The translations under genes were made by a program, and so were the position numbers. A stretch of DNA of 64,000 nt from Cycas panzhihuaensis. Its lineage: Eukaryota > Plantae > Cycadophyta. Every line of letters begins with the position of its first letter. Positions within the stretch are counted from its first letter, which is position 1. Below, piece by piece: positions 27,997 to 41,263 of the stretch. The notes under the pieces are model-generated. The model searched no databases and was not told the DNA's origin. It was given only the letters and a program-made list of their open reading frames with translations. The stretch lies in assembly GCA_023213395.1 (NCBI GenBank), contig CM041465.1, positions 233,375,741-233,439,740 of the forward strand, given 5' to 3'.

Positions 27997-28679
27997 GAGT
28001 TTTACATGTGGAAGTAGTAAAACTGACTTTACTCTAAAACTTAATCGATCAATTTTTTGGCAAGTAAAATAAAAAAATGAATAAAATCAGTAAAAAAAGT
28101 CAAGGATAAATAAAAATGAAAAAATAAAAAAAAAAAAATGATAAAAAAAAGTCAAAATGAAAAAATGATAAAGTTGAGTCCAAAATGATAAAAAAATAAA
28201 AAAATAAAAGTTAAAGGAGAAAAAATTAAAAATAATGTGAAGGAAAGGAAAACTCTTAGTGCCATAGTCTCAATCATCAATAGGTGATGGTAAAACTAGA
28301 GATCACATCATCATTCATCATAAATGATCAACAAAATTCATACATTCCTTCATCAAAACATAGCCTAATTCATGATCAAATAAATCCATCATTCATTTTC
28401 TATGAAATCATACAATAAACATATCAAAACTTATAAATATAAATCAAAGGCTAGGTTTTGGTAAAATATTTGCCCCCTTATCACATGAAACTCTTATTCT
28501 AGAAAGAGAGATATGATGGTGAAAGGTGGCAATAATGCAAGTAATTGTTGTTTTAATCAAATGCAATGAGAATCAAATGAAGTATATGAATGACAAGGTG
28601 AAGTAGCTCTATGACATAACCTAAAATGAATTTTATATAATAACAAGACCAAAAGAAACTCTCACTTATAAGTCTACCC

Positions 28680-29430
28680 AAAAGGATTGGATTTCTACTA
28701 CTAAAAGGCCACTATTTACATCTTTTGCCTAAAAGGACTGGGCATCTAACACCAACAAAGACTTACCCAAAAGGACTGGGTATCTATCATTGCTAAAATC
28801 CCTATCTAGTGCCCACAAACTATATGGGACTTCATTACCAAACACCCATGAACTGGATGGGACTCTACTATACAACTTGCCCACAAACTAAATGGGACTC
28901 TATTATACAACTGGTTATAGTTTATCTCTCTTTAACCATACATTATAGGGAAGTCTTTTTACTAAAGTAAAAAGGATAGATGGTCATAGTTTATCAGCTT
29001 ATTAACAGGTGGCTTTTTGGAATAAACCCATTATAGATTAACCTCATTAATGGGGTGAGGGATTTTAGAGGTTAATCATCATAGTTTAACTTCATTAATA
29101 ATCAAATTTAGAGGGTTCCCTATTATAGTTTAAGCTCATTAACAGGTAGAAAGGACTCAAAGTATCATTCTATCATAGTTTTAACTCTTTAACATATGAA
29201 AGGAAGTTTGAAGCATATTCTTATCATAGTTTAAGCTCATCAATAAGTGAAAGCAAGCTCGAAGCATCATTTTATCATAGTTTTAGCTCTTTAACAGATG
29301 AAAAGAAGTTCATAGCATTGTTCATGTTATAGTTTTAGCTCATTAATAGGTGAAGGGAGGTTCAAAGGATCATTCCTATTATAGTTTTAACTCATTAATA
29401 GGTGAAGGGAGGTTTGTAGTATCATCCCCT
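28680..29430. repeat. Tandem arrays in the Tat 3' UTR: short aaagga(c/t)tgg / atgggactcta repeats (28680-28910) and ~50-53-bp units (28985-29430)
   Basis: The recurring core catagttt(t/a)agctcattaa(c/t)aggtgaa appears about 9 times, just upstream of the PPT in element orientation. Confidence 0.85.
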
Positions 29431-29829
29431 TTAGAAACAAATGCCAAAGATCTATGTAAAAGGAGTGAACAGAGTATGATATATTGTGTTTCCAAAGGAA
29501 GAAGAGCTCCTAGAAGAAAATAATTAGGTCTCAAGATGATAATTGATCCTTACCAAAGTAAATACATATAACTTTCAAGATTTATAGGTAATTTTGATGA
29601 GAATGATGGTTGCAAAGGAATGTATTTTGCTTTGGTAGGTCCCATGGGAACTAGGAAGAAACAGAGAAAAATACCTCTTTATTTATAAGAAGATGGATGT
29701 AAAAAGGCCTCATTTTTATGCAAGGGAGAAGGAGAAAAGGAGGTAACCATAGACCATTTTCTTTGTTTCTAGGGCAATCAAGAGCTCTTTCTAATAAGGG
29801 GCTGGCCCTAGAGGATCTTCATCAATAGG

Positions 29830-31990
29830 ATGGAACTGAGAGCCAGATACCTAGTGAGTCAAAATTATATTTTTTTATTTTTTGATTTTTGAGTAAAAAA
29901 CACAGTGATAGTGTAAAAATCATAGTCATTGAACTAAAAACATAGTTAACTAGCAAAAAATAAAATAGTAATATTAAAAACATGATTTTACAATTTAAAA
30001 CCTTAAGAGGAAGTCACATTTTTAACTATGAAGTCATATTTTTTTACTATGAAATCACGTTTTTAGTTAGTTATCCATATTTTTAAACTTTTATTTAAAA
30101 ACCTTTAAAAAATATTTCTCTTTAAAATAAAGTAAGGGAATTAACATGATTTTAATGATGTGATACAAGTCTTAGAGAGAGTGGAGGTATGAGAGAACAA
30201 GAGAATGGCTATCAAGGAGCTCGTGAGTTAGTTAGGTGAGGTAAGATGGGGGGTTTTAAGAGTATGTGGACTCCCATGAGCAAGTGGATCCACTTAGCTT
30301 GTCATGGAGCACGAGATCTTAAATGATTTATTAGTTGTTGGGTCCTAGGACACAATCCATTTTGGATATAAGCCATTAGAGAGATCAAGATCACTCTCAG
30401 GGATATGGGAAGGATCCTGGGGATTAGTTAGTATGGAGAGAGAGTTAGACTCATTAGACAGACAAGGAGTCCCAAATGGCATGTAATGAGTACCTAATAG
30501 GATTCATTGATTAGATAGACCAACATAAGATCTCCGTGGAGGCTATTAGGGCAATAGATAATATCTCAATAGAATGAAGGATCATTACTTTGATTATCAT
30601 TTATAGGATACTAAGAACCATAACTTCATGGAGATTTTAGCTCAATGGACTAGAGTGGTGCAAAGAGGTGATCAAGAAATTCGAATCAACTAGGAACAAT
30701 ATATAATAAACAGTATCAGTCACCAGCTATTAAGGATTAAGAGGATATGGAGGGGCAAATTTTCATACAACTCTATATTAATGTATTGGTTGTATGACCA
30801 TATTTCACTCATGAGACTGGAAGGTGAGCTAGGAGAGTTCATGATGATGGACCCAGGGATGAACAGGTAGCACATGAGGCCATAGATCTATAACAAGCTA
30901 GCAATCATAGTAAGGAGTACTCATATCCCTCTCCTTAGCAAGATGACGAGAAGGCAACTAGTAGAGGATGCCTATGCAGGGCTACCAATATGGAGTGATG
31001 ATGATATAGGTGCTACAGAGAAGATGATAGTAGAGGAGCTTCATGTAGCTAGACAAGGGAGAGGGAGAGGATGAGATGGAGGAGGATAAAGTAGGAGAGG
31101 TGGAAGGGGCAGTGAAGAGATAGGACAAAGAGCCAAAGGAGGTGCCTCATCCAGTGGGGGAGCATGAAGGAGTCATCAGGTGCTTGGGAGAGGAAGGGGA
31201 GCACCTGTGGATGGAAGAGGAGGCTCTATATAAAGCATGGAGCTAAGGTTGATGGATGGATAAGGCAAAGGTAGAGGGAGTAGAGTCAGAGAGGGCGAGA
31301 CCACTCAAGAGGCTCCCCATAAGTTGCAGGGAGGAGAGGTACCACCAGTGGAGGAGGTAATGGGTGTAAAGGCAGTAGGGAGAGGGGGATCACTAGGTAT
31401 GCTACTTCATTGATTTTTTTTCTCACATCACTTCATATTTCTTTACCTTTTGAGAACTTTTTCTTTTAAAGAAATGATCATAAATTACATGTTTTTATTA
31501 GGCAGGTGATAAGATGGTGATCTTGACGGAGGTGTAGAGGACATTGGAGTTGATCTTCCCCTACATTTCAGCATCAGAAGAGGCACCATCATAGAACGTA
31601 GTGGATCACTGACTACTAGGATGTCATATTAGTTATTATAGCCATGTACTTCAAGCTTGAGATCTTTATATAGACATGAGGATAAAACTAAGGATGTGAG
31701 AGCTAGAGCTCAAGGTAGGCAAGGATGAGAGACGACACTTACAAAGGATGATATTGGCTCAGGTGGGAGCTTAATATACTCCAACAGTGAGTGTGACTAT
31801 ACAGTAGGGACAACACCACCTCCCACCTCGTGGTGAGTCTACATACAGGGAGATTTCAGGTAGGAGGGAGAGAGTAGATCTAGGTGTACCCAAGGGATCT
31901 CATCAGGGGTCACAAAGATGAATGTATGATATACTACATAGGGAGATAGGAGGGAGATGAGAGGCATTTTATGAGCCTCAGTATATATCA
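29830..31990 (+). pseudogene. Antisense PMD-domain gene of Tat element 1, probably spliced, with Gly/Arg/Glu-rich tail
   Basis: FISCWVLGHNPFWI*AIREIKITLRDMGRILGIS*YGERV (~30327-30446), IRIN*EQYIINSISHQL and ILMYWLYDHISLMR (~30775-30816) match successive PMD motifs. Candidate first exon MELRARYL|GTGAGT (29830-29853) and a T-rich GT..CAG intron at 31397-31505. Confidence 0.7.
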
Positions 31991-32032
31991 TGAGTCATAT
32001 GAGTGAGATATATTATACCTTTGTTTTTGTTT

Positions 32033-32066
<34 letters not shown>

Positions 32067-32915
32067 ATATATATATATATATCAATCATTTTCTCTTAAA
32101 GCTAGTGTATAAATATTTATCTCTAAATCCTTTTTTCCCCCTTATTGCCCTTTTTGGATTAGGTATATGATACATTCATCAGCTTGATTATCTAAAGAAA
32201 CATGCAATAAATTTTATTATTTTTCACTTTTATTTTTGTTCTTTCATAGTTATATACTTTTTTTTGGATTTTTATCACGATATGTACATGATAATTTATA
32301 CTCATTCTGGAGTATAATGATTTAGGAAAGAAAAATATCATGACAAAGAATAAAGAAAATAAAAGAAATAAAAGAAGAAAGGGAGCAGGTGAAAGGTTTA
32401 CTTATTCTATTTTTATAAACTTAAAACCATCTTAAACAAATGGTGATAGGTTTATAAAAGCAAAAGATGGAATAATATAAATCCTCCCAAAAGGAAATTC
32501 ATATAAATCATATCATACTCCCAATAGATTATGTAGACATAGAATGAAATCCACATTTATATAATATATCATGAAGAAAACAAGTTGTTTACTAAATGAA
32601 AAGTTAATTTCACTTAACAAATAACTAGTCATCTGAGTATACTGGATTCCTCATTGGCTCCTTCTAGGGGCAAGAAGTTTTTAAGGACTTTCCCCCTGTC
32701 AAGATCCTCTATGGCCCAAGATTTTCACATGGGTCCATCCCTTTTAAATACTTCATTTAAATCTTCTACTTATTATCCTAGTCCTCAAACTACTTAGATC
32801 TAAAACTTCCCAAATCGATAGTTTATACTCATTATGGAGTGGTAGTTCATACTCATTCTAGAGTAGTATTTTATACTCATTCCAGAGTGAGGTGCCCCTA
32901 GCTAAAGGATGAAAG

Positions 32916-33320
32916 TCAAGCAAAATGATCATCTATAATAGAGGAAATGAGAGTGTCAGCTTTAAGATTATGAAAGTGAGGTATGTACTAAATGGTAACT
33001 TAAGTAAAAAGAGACAACAACAATGAAGCCTGATGGTGAAGGAGAAGAAGTCATGGAGAATGAACTTGATACATCCCAACCAACTGATAAACTACAACCT
33101 AGGAGCTAGCATATATAGTAATAGGTCTAAGATAAAAGTGAGATATATCAAATAAGGGTCCTATAATAGTAAGATATTTGGCTTAATTATTAGTTGCCCT
33201 AGGTATAAAAGATCCCATAGAAAGGAGAGGATTTCTTGATTAGTCATAAATCACCCAAGAAGAAGTAGATGATCTTACGTTTTCCCTACTACCTCCATTA
33301 GTAGATATACTCAATGCCAT
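32916..33320 (-). pseudogene. Free-standing archaeal-type RNase H (aRH), 135 codons, with its own ATG and stop
   Basis: MALSISTNGGSRENVRSS...WVIYD...RATNN*AKY...ITIYASS*VVVYQLVGMYQV...I*YIPHFHNLKADTL shows the RNase HI motifs DGGSRGNPG, TNNQAEY, DSQLVV.Q, HIPR..N..AD. No frameshift. Confidence 0.88.
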
Positions 33321-34364
33321 GGGAATAATAAGATCAAAGTTTAGAGACGGTGTGATTAATAGAGGAAGGTACGAGAATCAATCAATAAGGAGATGTTAAT
33401 AAATGAAACCAATTCTGACTATGGTGAAGAAAAAGAAAAAACATAATTAGGATGATTATGATCAACACTAATAATAGTGTCAAGTAGGATTCAATCATAA
33501 CTGAGGTCATGGTGGACCCAAGCAGCTAGATTTGAAGATCCTGAATGACTCATCTAAATAAACCCAACCTATAGATAGATAGGTGGGGATGAAGTCATCA
33601 TATGACTTGCCCCAAATTACAAGAAGATGATAATAATATACTTTTCTTTTTCACTTTCTTATCTCTCCCTCTTTTTTTTTTTTTTTCTGTATTTACTTCC
33701 ACTTCCACTTCTTTCTTTTTTTACAAGAAGGGAACCATAATCACCTAACCATGAACTTCTTTAACTTAACATAGTAAGGACTTATCCTTTTTAACAAAAT
33801 CTAGAATAAAATAAAGACTAATCTCCTTAGGGATTGAACCATGGGAAAAGTGGAGATTAAAATCACAGTGTATCCAAATATAAAGGGAAGGCGATAGAAT
33901 AAGTGTCCACTTCCAAAGATCAATAGAGATAACCAAGGATAATAAAAAAGGAATAATAATAAGTGGTATATAACCAAAAATGAGTCATCGAGGTAAAACA
34001 CTAACAAATGGAAATATAATCTTAAGCAATGACTAGATACCTGAAGCTGACATAAATGTTTCTCCTTCCATGATAAAAATAAAATAAGGCTGGGGGCTCA
34101 AGTTCTCTTTTGAGTATGGAACTCAAAAGAGAACAACATCCAAATATAGTGATAGCAAGCTCACAATCGATGCAGAGGCTAGAAAAAACAAAAGAATTAT
34201 ATGATTATGAGTAGGATCTCTTATAAAAGCACAATAACACTCAATAGAAAGTAAAAGAAGACAAGAAAGAATGGGAGTTTACCCATAGTTTTAGCTCATT
34301 AGATAAAGGAAAGAATTTTAAAGTTGTAGCTTATCCTCATTGTAAAGGGGATGAATGCATGCTA

Positions 34365-37358
34365 CTAGGCATAAAACTTTCTTAGATATTGAGAATTGAT
34401 TGGCCTTTTAAATTCTAATCCTTCTAACGTCAAAATTTAATAAGCTCCATTAGTTAAATCTTCAATTACTAAAAAGGGACCCATCCATTTAGGAGAAAAT
34501 TTATGTTGCTTGTCATGTAAATATTCTAACTTTAAAACTTTATCATCGATGTTAAACTTCCTGGATCTAAGATTCCTATCATATGCAGCTTAGACCCTAG
34601 CCTTGGATGCAATATTATTTTGCAAGGCTTGTAAGTGAGTCTCGTCTAATTTCTCAAGTTCTAAGAGGCATGCTTCCCTTTAGAACTACTTGCCAGTAAA
34701 CTCCTTTAACGAGACACATAAGGAAGGAATTTCAACCTCTAATGGAAGAATGACTTCGACACCATAAATGAGGAAAGATGGTGTCATACCCTGGCATTCC
34801 TAATAGAGGTCCTATAGGCCCATAATTCTAGAAATAATTGAGAGTGTCAATCCCTATGAGAGGAAGTAATTGTCTTAGCTAGAATCTTGGCTAAGATATT
34901 ATTGAAAGCTTCCACTTGGCCATTTGCCTAAGGATGATAAAGTGTGGATAACCTATGAGTAATATAGAACTTACTAGATAATTCATTAATATGAGGATTA
35001 AAAAATGAAGTCCCATTATCAATAATAATAATATCTAGTATCCTAAACCTATAAATAGTATGCTAAAATATAAATATGACAATGATTTTTCTAGCAATAG
35101 AGACTAATGGGATAACTTCACTCTACTTCATAAAATATTCAGTTTCACTTAAGATAAATTTATGTCCATTAGGCGATGCTAGAAAAATATGGTTAATGAG
35201 ATCAAGACCCTATTGGAAAAAAGGCCAGGGTGAAAGAATTGACTTCATTTCTTGTGTAGGTTTGTGAATCAAAGTTACATGGGATTGATATTTCTGGTAT
35301 TTTTAAACATAAGAGTGGGAATCTTTAAACAAAGTAGGCCAATAATAGCCCAAACTAAGGATGCATTGGGCCAATAATCAGCCAGTAAAATACCCACCAC
35401 ATGTTCCTTCATGGGATTTTATTAAGGCAACTAAGAATTCATCAGGTGAAAGGTACCTTAGTAGGATTCTATTAAAAGAATGCTTATAAAGTACGTCGTC
35501 AAGCAAAAGATATTATCTGGAAGTAACTCAGACTCATCTTCTCTTCTTCAAGGTAGTAAGAGAAGGAAAGGATTGATCATGAAGATATAATATGATCTCT
35601 CCATACTATGGGTTATCAGAAGGGATGCCTTGGATATGGAGGATATGTTTGTCTAGGAGGGAATCATCAATAGGTTGACTAGTAGGATTAGGGAGAGGAG
35701 CATCAGCCATGATCTCTAGGACAACCATGCCTTTCATGGATTTCCTATTAATCACTTGTAAATCAAACTCTTAAAGTAATAAAGACCACTTACCTAATCG
35801 ACTAGTAAGGTTACACTTAGTAAGCAAATATCTTATAGGATCTGATTAAATGATGAGGTAGAACCTATTTCTAAGGAGGTAGTCACACAACTTCTTAGTA
35901 GCAAAAATTAAAGTAAGGCATACTTTTTTAGGGAAAGGATAGTGAAGTTTAGCAGCCACAAGGGTCCTACTAATGAAATATCTAGCCTTTTCTTTATTAA
36001 AGTCATCATCTTGTGTTAACATTCCTACTAATGATTCCTCTATAACTAAAGTATATAAAATGTATGATTTGTCAAAGCTTAGTAGAGTAAGAATAGGAGC
36101 TAAAACCAAGGCTTACTTTAGCTTATCAAAGGACTCTTGAACTTGAGGAGTCCATCGTAATTTAACATCTTTCTTTAAAAAATCAATGATAGGCTTAGCA
36201 TCTAAGGCGAAATTAGCAATGAAACATCTTAAGAAACCAAGTCTACTTAGAAAATATTTAATTTGCTTTTAGCTCTTAGGGGGAGGCATCTCGATAATTG
36301 CTTTGATCTTGTCAGGATCAATTCTAATCCCATCTTAAGAAATGATATTTCCCAACATCTTTCCTTATGTAATAACAAAAATGCACTTAGAAGGGTTAAG
36401 GCATAAGTGATACTTCTTACACCTTTCAAAAATCTTTCTAAGGTCATGTAGATGATCACATCATTTGCATGAAAGGGTGAGCATATCATCTAAATATACA
36501 ATAATGATATTACTAATTAAGTCATGGAAAATATGAACCATAGCTCTTTAATATGTCACACTAACATTCTTCAATCTAAATGGCATGACTTTATAAATAA
36601 AGGTACCCCAAGGAGTGGTGAAAGTGGTCTAATAACGGTCATAAGGTACGATAAAAATTTGATTATATCCTAAGAAGCCATCCATAAGGGATATTACCTC
36701 AAAACTAGTAGTCTAGTGCTAAATCTAGTCAAGAAAAGGGAGAGGAAAATTATCCTTGGGACATGCATCATTGATATCATTAAAGTCAATGCAAATTCAA
36801 ATTGAACCATTCTTTTTTGCTTCAAGAACTATGTTAGAAACCCACTGAGAGTGAATCCAACTCCTAACAGCTTCTCTACTTCCTGTTTAATGGCAAGGGA
36901 GAGGTGTGGGTGGATAGGGCATTATTTTTGTTGCTTAAGTTTTATACCAGTAATTACTGTAATGTTATGTTCGATGACTTGGGAGTTAAGGACACACATA
37001 TCTTTATAGTCCCATATGAAAACTGAGTAGAACTCATGAAAGAGATCCTTAAACTAAGTGATCTCTTAGGAAGTACAACAAGCCCCCAACTTGATAATTC
37101 TAGGAATATCCTCTATCTCTAAGTCTAAATCAATGGTTTGTTCCATAAGCATCACATTTCCTTCCTCAAAATGAAGAGGGGTAGGCTCTATTAAAGAAAT
37201 AGACTCCTAGGGTTGAGAATGATTAACTAGAACTTTTGAAAAACCCAACTTATGGTGTCCATTAGGGAAACTAGGAGATGAACCCGCTGGATGTTCTATG
37301 ATCATCTCGTCATTTTTAAAATGGTCTAGATGGAAGAGATTGATGAGGAAAAGGTTTC

Positions 37359-37392
<34 letters not shown>

Positions 37393-40300
37393 CATAAGAG
37401 GTAAAAGAGGATCAACCAAAGAGTTTGGATAGGCAGGAATAAACTCAATTATTAAAGAAATATGAGAAGAGAAAATGGGCCTATTAACGAACTCCCAAAT
37501 TGAAGTAAAAGCTCAGTTAAACTCTTGATTATTTACACCACACTCATGGTCAGACCAAGATATTAAGATGAGAGAAGATGGAGAAGGATCCACATAAGGA
37601 CGGGAAGGAAAAGAAATTGTGGAGATGGAATTAACTTCCAGTACTCTAGTGGAGTTGTCACTACTATTTTGGCCTATATTAAGTGAATCAATATCTTTAA
37701 CTGCTAACTCTAAGTCTGGTTACTGATGCAATAACATATTCTTCTTGTCTCAATTCAACCATATCTTAAATAAAGAGGAATAAAATAAAGATGAAGGAGC
37801 ATTAATACATGAATCAAATATAACTAAAGTTAAGGAAGTAATCATTAAAAGACTAGTAATAGGAGGAACCACTATATTTACCCTTGAGGGCAAGCATAAA
37901 ACCTATGAGAAATGAGTCTGAATGGGAGGAAAGGTATTTTTTCTAGTAAGCCTAATTAGGGGTGGATCTCCATATGATACAATAGAATAAGAAGCTACTT
38001 CTTCATCGGAAATAGAAGAAGAAGATGAAGCTAAAGACCGATTAGTCAAGTTTGAAGGTATGGGAATAAATGGGGAGCCTAATGATAAAGGAACAATCTT
38101 AATTAAATCCACGTCCTTTACTTCTAGGTGAGTAGAAGGGGATTCAATAATAAAGTATTAACTTAAACCAAGCAACTAAAAGAAATACTATGTGGAATTC
38201 GAGGATTCACTAAGTTCCAGAAAAGTCTCAATAAGAGGAACTGATTGTTTAATAGGTTTTGTCTTTCGCTTAATAATTTTTAATTATCCCCCATGGATGA
38301 ACCTAAGTTCACTGAAGAGGAAAGAATAAACCACTGACATTTGGGTTATCCAAGGTCTACCCAAAAGAATATTATACTCTAAGTCCAAGTCAATAATGGT
38401 AAGCTCGGTAAGAACTGCCTTTTCTTCCAATATGAGAAGAAGAGTGACTTGACCCAAGGGCACCTTCTGATTCTTATCATACCCTTAGTAAATCCACTCA
38501 CATGGATCGAAAACAAAGATCTCAAAATCCTCAATAATATTAAAAGGGATTACATTGATGTATGATCCCTCATCAATAATAAGTGATATTGACATCATCC
38601 TTGACAATCTCTATGTAAAATAGAGGTATATCATTCAGCACATGTGCAGAATGACTAGACAAAGTAGCCAGGTCAAAAGAAAGTGTAGAAGTGGGTGAAA
38701 AAACTACCTTAGGAACTCCCAATGCATCAAACAAAAGTCAATATTGCTTGGGGTAATACTTCAGTAAATCGATAACCTATACATATGTTGGAATCTTCTT
38801 TAATTCTTCTACTAAGGAAAAAGATCCATCCTTTATACTAGAGGGAATGGACCTAAACCTAATGGGACGAGGGGGTACTAGAAGTAAAGAGTCAAGATTC
38901 CTTACTATTAAATCATGAGATGATTTAGATGGGCTTGCACTCTTTATGGTCTCCACCATGTTTATAGTTATCTTGGTGTCCCCACCTTTAGAAGGCAAGC
39001 AAGATTGATTATTGGTTCTTTTTATTGGAGCATTTGTGGGAGTGGTAGTCCTCTTTGATGAATTAGAACTCGAAGGTTCACCTTCATCATCTTGTATCTG
39101 CTTTTCCTTGCCTTTATCATCTTTACTTATTTTCTCATTATGTTGAGGCAGTGGATTCCTATAGATCATTTCCTCTTGAGGTGACTTAGAAGAGCAGTTT
39201 GATTAAATATTTATGTTCTGAGTTGTGTTTTAAATATTTCAACATTCACTTCTATCATGTACATCTATTTGATGGTATGAGCACCATTTTATCTTTTTGA
39301 AGGGAGGAGGAGGTGGGGGAGGAGCTTGTTTCTTCCTCCATTCAGTAAGATAAATAACCTTAGTCTCTTGCGAGGGCTAACCCTAATAAGGACTATCAAC
39401 ACACAACTTAGTATTAATCACATGCTCTAATAATCTAATTGAAGAAGTCAAGTAATTGTAAGTGGGCTCAGGATGGGTAGCCTTTATAGTTTGAACTAGT
39501 TCTTTAGAAGGCATAGATTTCCTAACCTTCTTAATACCTACCTAAATTTTAAATGTTTCTAAGGCTAATCATCTATCAACCACTTCTTTGTACATTTAAG
39601 GACCAAGTTTTAGGACTTCTAAATGTATGTAGGGCCTCAACGCATTGGTAAATAGATCAAATAGTAAGCTAGGATCACAATGTGAGTGATAGGTATGTAC
39701 GTAGTCTTAAAATCTCCTAACAAGAGTCCCTCAAGGTCTTATCATGATTCTTCTTTATAGCTAATAAAGATTTAATACCTAATTTGAATGGCCTCACTAC
39801 ATCAAAGTAGTTGATAAACAAGTCATCTACTTATTAGAATAAGAGGATAGAAGCTAAGGAGAGGTAATAAAACCACTTTAAGGCATTGCCTTAAAATAAT
39901 TTGGAGAACAAGTGCATCATGACATAATCATACACCATGAAATCTATACAAGAAAGTACAAATGCTTATATATAGGAAGCAGGGTCTTCTGAAGAGTCAC
40001 TAAAAATTTTAGGCAACTCAGGAAGAAAAAGAGGCATAGGTAATAGAAGGATATCACGTGGGAATGGAGACTTTATATAGTTGAAAAAAGGCCTCTTTGG
40101 ACTCAATGTGGTAAAACGTTGAGGCAAGGAGGATGGATGTAGAGTAGATGAATAAACATGTTGTTGCAATTATTGATGTGGTTGTGGTTGGAAAGTGTTA
40201 TGAGACAGAAGACAGAAGAGGGATTAAACCATGCTGCAAGGTTAATGATAGAGTTAGTTTAGGGTATGGGATAATAGGAAAAGATTGAATTAAAAGTGGT

Positions 40301-41263
40301 AAAAGGATTATCTTATGGAGCAAGTCTAATAATGTACAAAGAAGAAGTAGGATCTAAAACTCTCAAGGCTTGTAACTAACTTACTAAATTATGAGAATGA
40401 ATGGAATGAATGTAAGAAACATGTTGTGAAGGGAGAACCATATTAGATGCCTTAGGAGATGGTGGGCGAGGTCTAATACCATGAGATGAAATTTTATATG
40501 AGGTGCGAGGAGGTAATTGAGTGGTAGAAGGAATAGCATGAGAAGAGGCTACTCTAGTGGTGTAAGAAGATATAGGTCACAAACTAATCAAAGGCATAAC
40601 AACTTGACTAGAAATAGATACATGAGAAGCACTAGGGTTGCCATGAGTAGTAACGATGGCAGTATCCCCACGGGTAGAGGGTATGGGATAAGGGGAGTGG
40701 ACCTAAACATGTTGCCTAGGAGGAGAATGGTGAGGTTACGAATGAGTTAACATGTGGTCATCAATTTCTCCAAAGGAGGGAAATAGGATCGTAATAAAGA
40801 TCTAGGTGAAGATGGGTGAGAAGGGAAAGGAGGATGAACGACATTAGGTGGAGGCTCTATTAACTCATAATCCTCACCTAAAGGATCAATGTGAAAATAT
40901 TGTGGAAGGGATGTATAAGTCTCTGGGTAAAATAGATCTTGGTAACTAGATATATGTAGTGGAGTAGGAATCATAGTGAGAACCAGCTCAAAGAAGGATG
41001 AATGTGGTTGATCAGAAGGTGGTTCTTCTTATGCGAAAGAGGGATCCATAAAAGAAGGATCACCAGGATATTGAGAAGGTTCATGATATCCTTATACCAC
41101 TAGTATGAGGAGGATAAACATAAGTGTCTTGTGCTTGAAGTTTTGAAGATTCAACATAAGATGATGAGACATCATGAACAAAGTGTGATGGATATGCTTG
41201 AGAATCTAGTGGAAGGCCTTAGAGTCTCAATGAGTGCCTAAGGGTAGGTGTTGTAGTTTCCAT
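34365..41263 (-). pseudogene. Decayed gag-pol of Tat element 1 (gag ~41263-39200, PR ~38640-38280, RT ~37000-36250, RH ~36130-35700, INT ~35560-34365)
   Basis: gag GNALKWFY; RT LMDGFLGYNQI...TTFTTPWGTFIYKVMPF...VYLDDML; RH SRLGKWSLLL*EFDL; INT SHEGTCGG...LGYYWPTLFKD, HRLSTLYHP*ANGQVEAFN, KFSPKWMGPFL. Confidence 0.92.

Noticed and set aside
28985-29430. CRISPR-like repeat/spacer appearance (also 14649-14932)
   Set aside because: The spacers are homologous to each other, the repeats are degenerate, the context is eukaryotic TE and there are no cas genes. These are tandem minisatellites.
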